Positions 52,824-64,000 of a stretch of 64,000 nt of DNA are shown piece by piece (positions within the stretch are counted from its first letter, which is position 1; every line of letters begins with the position of its first letter). The DNA comes from the human T2T-CHM13v2.0 reference genome, Homo sapiens. The notes under the pieces were generated by a model. It worked only from the letters and a program-made list of their open reading frames with translations, was not told the DNA's origin and ran no database searches. Location of the stretch: NCBI RefSeq assembly GCF_009914755.1, contig NC_060932.1, one strand, 5' to 3'. A program made the translations under genes and the position numbers.

Positions 52824-54164
52824 CTGTCTCTTCCATTTGGACCACGGACTGGACCAAAAATGATTGAGAAATCCAATTGTTTCCTCTTCTTGTCCACAGA
52901 AACTGAACTGATAAGTTTGCCAGGTGGACATTCAGTGTCCACCGTTGACAGCACAGATCTATTTTTCACAGACAGCGAAGTCAAATTTACTACCTAGGAT
53001 AAAACACTCCAAAATATTCCGTGAAACGCCAAGGTATAGGATCTGAAGTAGATGCCTCATTTTTCTGTGACTCAGATTTCTTCGCAAACTTCCCAGCAGC
53101 TTTGGGGTGGGCCCAGGGGGCCACACTGCACTCAAGGTGGTAACTGTGATCTCCGCAAAGAGACAGGAAAAGTGCTGGACTGAGTCAGGAGGCTGAGCTG
53201 TGTAAGTGCCATGTGACCTTGGCAAATCTCCCAGCCTCTCTTCGGTTTTCTCATCTGTGAAATGCCTACCCCACAGCTTGCTGAGAAGCTAAAAGTAGAA
53301 ACAGTTATGAAGATGAGAATGCATTGTAAACTGCAAGGAGTTGTAGGAGCGCAGGTGGTTTGCAGGGCTGGGTGGTAGCTAAGGTGAACTGAGCTTGCTC
53401 TCACTGAGTACCAGGGGTACTAACTCCCTCATCTCACAACAGCCTTGTGACACCAGCCCATCGTCACAACCCTTCTGCAGATGAGGAAGGCCCCAGGGAG
53501 TTTAAGGAACTTCCCCCAAGGAACCATCGGGGAGGTGGTAGTACCAGGATCATACACCTGTGGCTCAGATAAGCTGGAGCCCACCAAACCGTATTTTTTT
53601 CCCTGGGAATGCAGCTTAACCACATTCCCCAACTCTGTGACATTCAAATAGTTGTCATCAATGGAGCACATATCCTGCTCGCAGGCTGGGACAGTTTTCA
53701 AGACAGGAGGGTTTTTCCCATTCTCTCCCTCCCCTGGAGCAGGGACCCTGGCATCCATGTGTAGGAGATGGTGGTGCATCCCAAAGCAGCCCGAGTCCCT
53801 CAGGAACCTCAGAGTGCAGCATCTCCCCCCTTACGAACCCTCACGGTCTTCAACCTGAATAAGAAATTAACCATTGTTGGGTGGGCTTGTTTATTATAGC
53901 AGCTTGCATTATTACCCTGATGAATACATCTCCAGTCCCCAAGAGTCCTTCTTAACAGGGACTACTGAACCCTCTTCTGACTACAGCTACAGGCAGCAAA
54001 GAGGTACTACCATTTAGGATGGCTTAACAGCGTAAAGGTAGAAATTTAGTATCAGCCAGGCAGCCAGACCAGAATTATATGTGAAACCAATGAAGATTCT
54101 TGGCTGCAGTATAAAAGAATGAATGAATGCTACCTCTAATTATAAATCAGGAAACAACACAGAG

Positions 54165-56700
<2,536 letters not shown>

Positions 56701-57599
56701 TTCATATTAGCCCCCAGAGAAACCCCACACCCTTTAGCTGTCACCTACCTAACCTCCCATGTGGATTTCACGGAATCATACAATACTGAGTCCTTTGGAC
56801 CTGGCTGATTTTACTTAGTAAACGTTTTCAAGGTTTATCGATGTTGTAGCATGTGTGACTACTTCATTCCTTTTTACGACTGAATAAAACTCCATTTGGT
56901 GGATTTATGACAGTTTGTTTATTCGTGCAATGGTTTTTAATGGATGGACATTTGAGTTGTTTTCACCTTTTGGTTACTGTAAATAATGCTGCTATAAACA
57001 TCTGGTGTAAGTTTATACATACGTTATTAACTTTTGTTTTAGAGTTGGGGTCTCACTATGTTCCCCAGGCTGGTCTTGAACTCCTAGGCTTAAGTAATCC
57101 ACCCACCTCTGCCTCCCAAAGTGCTGGGATTACAGGCGTGAGCCCACTGTGCCCGGCGGATTTTTGTGAGGACGTATGTTTTCACCTCTTTCAGGTGTTA
57201 ACTTAGGCCTCTTTTACGGATGTTCAACAAGCAAACAGCTTTTACACACGTGAGTCAAGGCCTCTCTGTAAGTTCTGAGAGCTGTTCCCCAGGCCCTGAA
57301 CCCTGACCCCCAAATCTAGCAGGTTAAGCCAAAATTCTCCTCAACTTCAAGGCCTACTTCATTCATTATGCATCCACTCAACTCACATTTCTCTATCCTC
57401 TGCTATGGGCCAGACACCCTGCAATGAGCTGGGATGAAGCAGGGGAACACCGCAGGTAAAAATGCTTGCCTGGGTGGGGCTTAAGATCCAGTGAGGGCAG
57501 GAAGGAACATATACAAGTAAATATGCTGTATGTTCCTTTCTCCATGAAGCTTTCCTGGATGTTCCAGGAAGGGACGAATTCTACTCTGGTAGTAATATA

Positions 57600-59332
<1,733 letters not shown>

Positions 59333-60154
59333 CCTCTGAGCCTCTTGAATACAACTGGGGTCATGCCTGCTTTGCAGGTTTGTCTTAAGGATTAAAGCTG
59401 TTTGGGGAGTGTCTGGAGGAGGGTGAGTCTTGAGCCAACCCCTGCATCTCCCTTCCAGGGCCTCCCGGTAATAAACCCCAAGTAAATGTGCACTTTGTCC
59501 GTCCTCTCGGAGCAGGTCTCCGGGTACTCCTGTGCCAAACCGATTTCCGCCCCCAAGGTCCTTCTCCTCTTAGAAATCCTGACGCAGCTCCTAGGTTCCT
59601 TCGCAGTGACAGCCACTCTTTTCTATTTGTACGTAGCTGTAGTGTTTTGTGGGTACGTTCTCTGAACAACAAAGTGGCCCTTCTAAAGGCTGTTCTGTGG
59701 GGTCCACAGCCTCGCCACCCCCAGCCTCTGCAGCGGCTTCTGAATGAATGAAATAAGCGACGGCGCCCTCTCCACCACCCCACCCCCGCCAACTCGGCAG
59801 GCAGGGATCCCAGGCGCGGGTTCTGGCGGAGGCGGTCCCGCGAGGCGGGGGGACTTTTCTAGGCGGGGTGGGGGCCTTGGGACCACCTTTAGGGGCTTTT
59901 TCCCCATCCCCTGGCCCCAATTCGCAGCGTTTCGCCACCCAGGGCCCGCAGGGCTCCAAGCCCTTCTTCCCCAGCCCGCGCGCTCAGGCCCCCGCCCGCC
60001 CCCGGCGGTGGCCCCGGACCCCGAGCGGAAGGGGGCGGGGGGTGTGCGGGGCCGGGAAGCGGGGAGCGCGGGCGGCGGAAGGTGGCGGGAGGGGGTGGGG
60101 GCTGGGAAGCACCGTGCGCGGGCGGCGGGAGGGCCCGGGCGGGGCTGCGCGGTG

Positions 60155-60163
60155 GTCACGTGG
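60155..60163 (+). promoter_or_regulatory. CTSB: E-box / CLEAR-like element at the transcription start (USF or TFEB/MITF family site)
   Basis: GTCACGTGG against CLEAR consensus GTCACGTGAC, typical of lysosomal gene promoters. Confidence 0.75.
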
Positions 60164-60298
60164 GGCGGGGCCGGGAGGGTACTTAGGGCCGGGGCTGGCC
60201 CAGGCTACGGCGGCTGCAGGGCTCCGGCAACCGCTCCGGCAACGCCAACCGCTCCGCTGCGCGCAGGCTGGGCTGCAGGCTCTCGGCTGCAGCGCTGG
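60162..60298 (+). other. CTSB: CTSB non-coding exon 1 (5' end heterogeneous, start approximate)
   Basis: GGCTCCGGCAACCGCTCCGGCAACGCCAACCGCTCCGCTGCGCGCAGGCTGGGCTGCAGGCTCTCGGCTGCAGCGCTGG is recognised as the cathepsin B mRNA leader; donor TGG|GTGAGT at 60299. Confidence 0.9.
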
Positions 60299-61385
60299 GT
60301 GAGTGCTGGGGACCCGGGGCCACCGCAGCGTAAGTGACCTTGGCGGGGACGGTGCTACCCGGCCGCCGAGACGGGTTCCTCTGCGCCCTCAGTCGGGCCC
60401 AGGCGCGGCCCCGCGGCGTCCCTGGGGGCCGGCGGGGAGCCGGGACCCTCGGGACTGTCCCTGACGGGCGGGCTGGGGTGGGAGTCCGCGCGCTCCGAAG
60501 CGTCGGCGAGAAAAGCAGAAAACAGCTCCGCCCGCCAGCCCTCTGCCCTCCGCTCCCCTCCCCGGGCTGTGCGCCGGACCCCGGCCCTCGGAGCGGGGAC
60601 GCGGCCAGGACCGCCGAGGGAGGCGCCTGCGAGGAAGAGCTCGGCCGGGTCCGGAGACTGCTGCCTGGGACCGCGCTCCCAGCGCCTGGGCCTCGGTGTC
60701 TCCGGGCCAAACTGCCGACATAATCGCATCTGCCGGCATCTATTTTCGGTTTATTTCCCCCTCATTGCGAAGGATTTGCCTGGCCAACTTTCTGCGCAAG
60801 ATCCCACGCAATTCCTGGGACCCCAGAAGACAGGTCCTGTTGAAGAACAGGAATCTGGCACTGGGTGGGCTGGGGAGGAAGCCGCACGGTGTTAAATCCA
60901 TAAACAGGAAGAGAAACCAGACAGCGAAACCAAGAGGCGAATGGGCGATTGGATGCCGGTGGGGAGAAGGCCGGGGGCGCACCCTGCTCCTGGACTCCAG
61001 TAAAGGGAGGCCGGGCAGAGTCCCTGGGGCGCCACCTCCCCCTCGGTTAGTAGCCCTGGAGGCCGGGGGGAGTTGGCCTCTGGGGAGCAGTGGGTGCTGG
61101 GTGTGGGGCGTTGCAGGCAGGCTGGGGTGGGCGACCCAGGTGGAAGTGAATTGCACTTGGCTTCCTGGTGGGCCTCTGTCACCCCCTTCCCAGGCGCTGA
61201 GAAAGCCAGCAGGCTGGCAAAGAAAAGGACCCTAGCGCAGGCCCCACACTCCTCCTCCTAACGGACGAGAGACCCCCCAAACCCACTGGAGAAGTGACGC
61301 TGTGGGGTTCAAATGCAGACCTGGCACCTTTTTGTAGCCTGGAAAAACATTCCCACTGCCTGCTGCCGGAGGAGAGGATAGCTGA

Positions 61386-63627
<2,242 letters not shown>

Positions 63628-63838
63628 ATGTGTTTAGACTTTTAACTAATCTCTTTTTTAGTTTCAAGCCTTATCGTCCGCCTCTGTAGACCACTCCTGT
63701 GCCTGTTTCCTGATCCTTCCAAGGGCCATTGTATTCCCTGTCTGCTGCCCCTCTTTTGGATTCTTCTGCACATTTTTTTGTTCATGCATTCATTCATTTA
63801 TTGTTTGATTAATGACAGGGTCTTGCTTTGTCTCCCAG

Positions 63839-63926
63839 GCTGGTGTGCAGTGGTGCGACCACGGCTCACGGCAGCCTCAGCCACCCAGATGTAAGCGATC
63901 TGGTTCCCACCTCAGCCTCCCGAGTA
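63839..63926 (+). other. CTSB: CTSB alternative non-coding exon 2 (88 nt), exonised from the right arm of an antisense AluJ-like element
   Basis: Acceptor TTTGTCTCCCAG|G (63838/63839), donor GTA|GTAAGT (63927); 88 nt matches the known Alu-derived exon 2; alternative donor GAT|GTAAGC at 63891. Confidence 0.88.
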
Positions 63927-64000
63927 GTAAGTAGCTGGGACCACAGGCGGTGCCCAGGTTTTTTTTTTTTTTTTTTTTTTTTCGTTTGTAGAGACAGGGT

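Larger units (their letters stand above)
59700..61100 (+). promoter_or_regulatory. CTSB: CTSB CpG-island, TATA-less promoter
   Basis: Very high GC and CpG content; multiple GC boxes (GGGGCGGGG at ~60032 and 60162); no TATA box; spans exon 1 and the start of intron 1. Confidence 0.9.

Noticed and set aside
59385-61261. Overlapping Gly/Pro/Arg/Ala-rich ORFs of up to 197 aa on both strands
   Set aside because: Stop-codon depletion in a CpG island explains them; the CTSB coding sequence starts in exon 3, beyond this window.

Overview
Primate (almost certainly human) genomic DNA, recognisable as the ~60 kb upstream of cathepsin B (CTSB, 8p23.1) plus the first two non-coding CTSB exons, with CTSB on the + strand of this window. 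There is no intact protein-coding ORF. Bases 1-21178 are an OR7E-type segmental-duplication block. It holds Alu/L1 fragments, a disrupted OR7E olfactory-receptor pseudogene cut off in TM7 by a ~6.2-kb SATR1/SATR2-like satellite (62-, 76- and 82-bp units, an AT-rich core and an inverted block), and two nested, defective HERV-E (LTR2-family) proviruses. The most striking observation is in the first provirus. Its primer-binding site continues into a complete antisense copy of mature tRNA-Glu(CTC), including CCA (14933-15007), which joins gag through a CACCAGGG(A) microhomology and replaces about 610 nt of viral leader and 5' gag. This looks like a fossil of reverse transcriptase copying its whole primer tRNA and then making an aberrant second strand transfer. 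Bases 21179-59700 are Alu-dense intergenic DNA with L1, L2, MIR, MLT1 and THE1 remnants and candidate CTSB enhancers. The CTSB CpG-island promoter and exon 1 lie at ~59700-61100, and the 88-nt Alu-derived exon 2 lies at 63839-63926. Repeat boundaries were read by eye and subfamily names are approximate.
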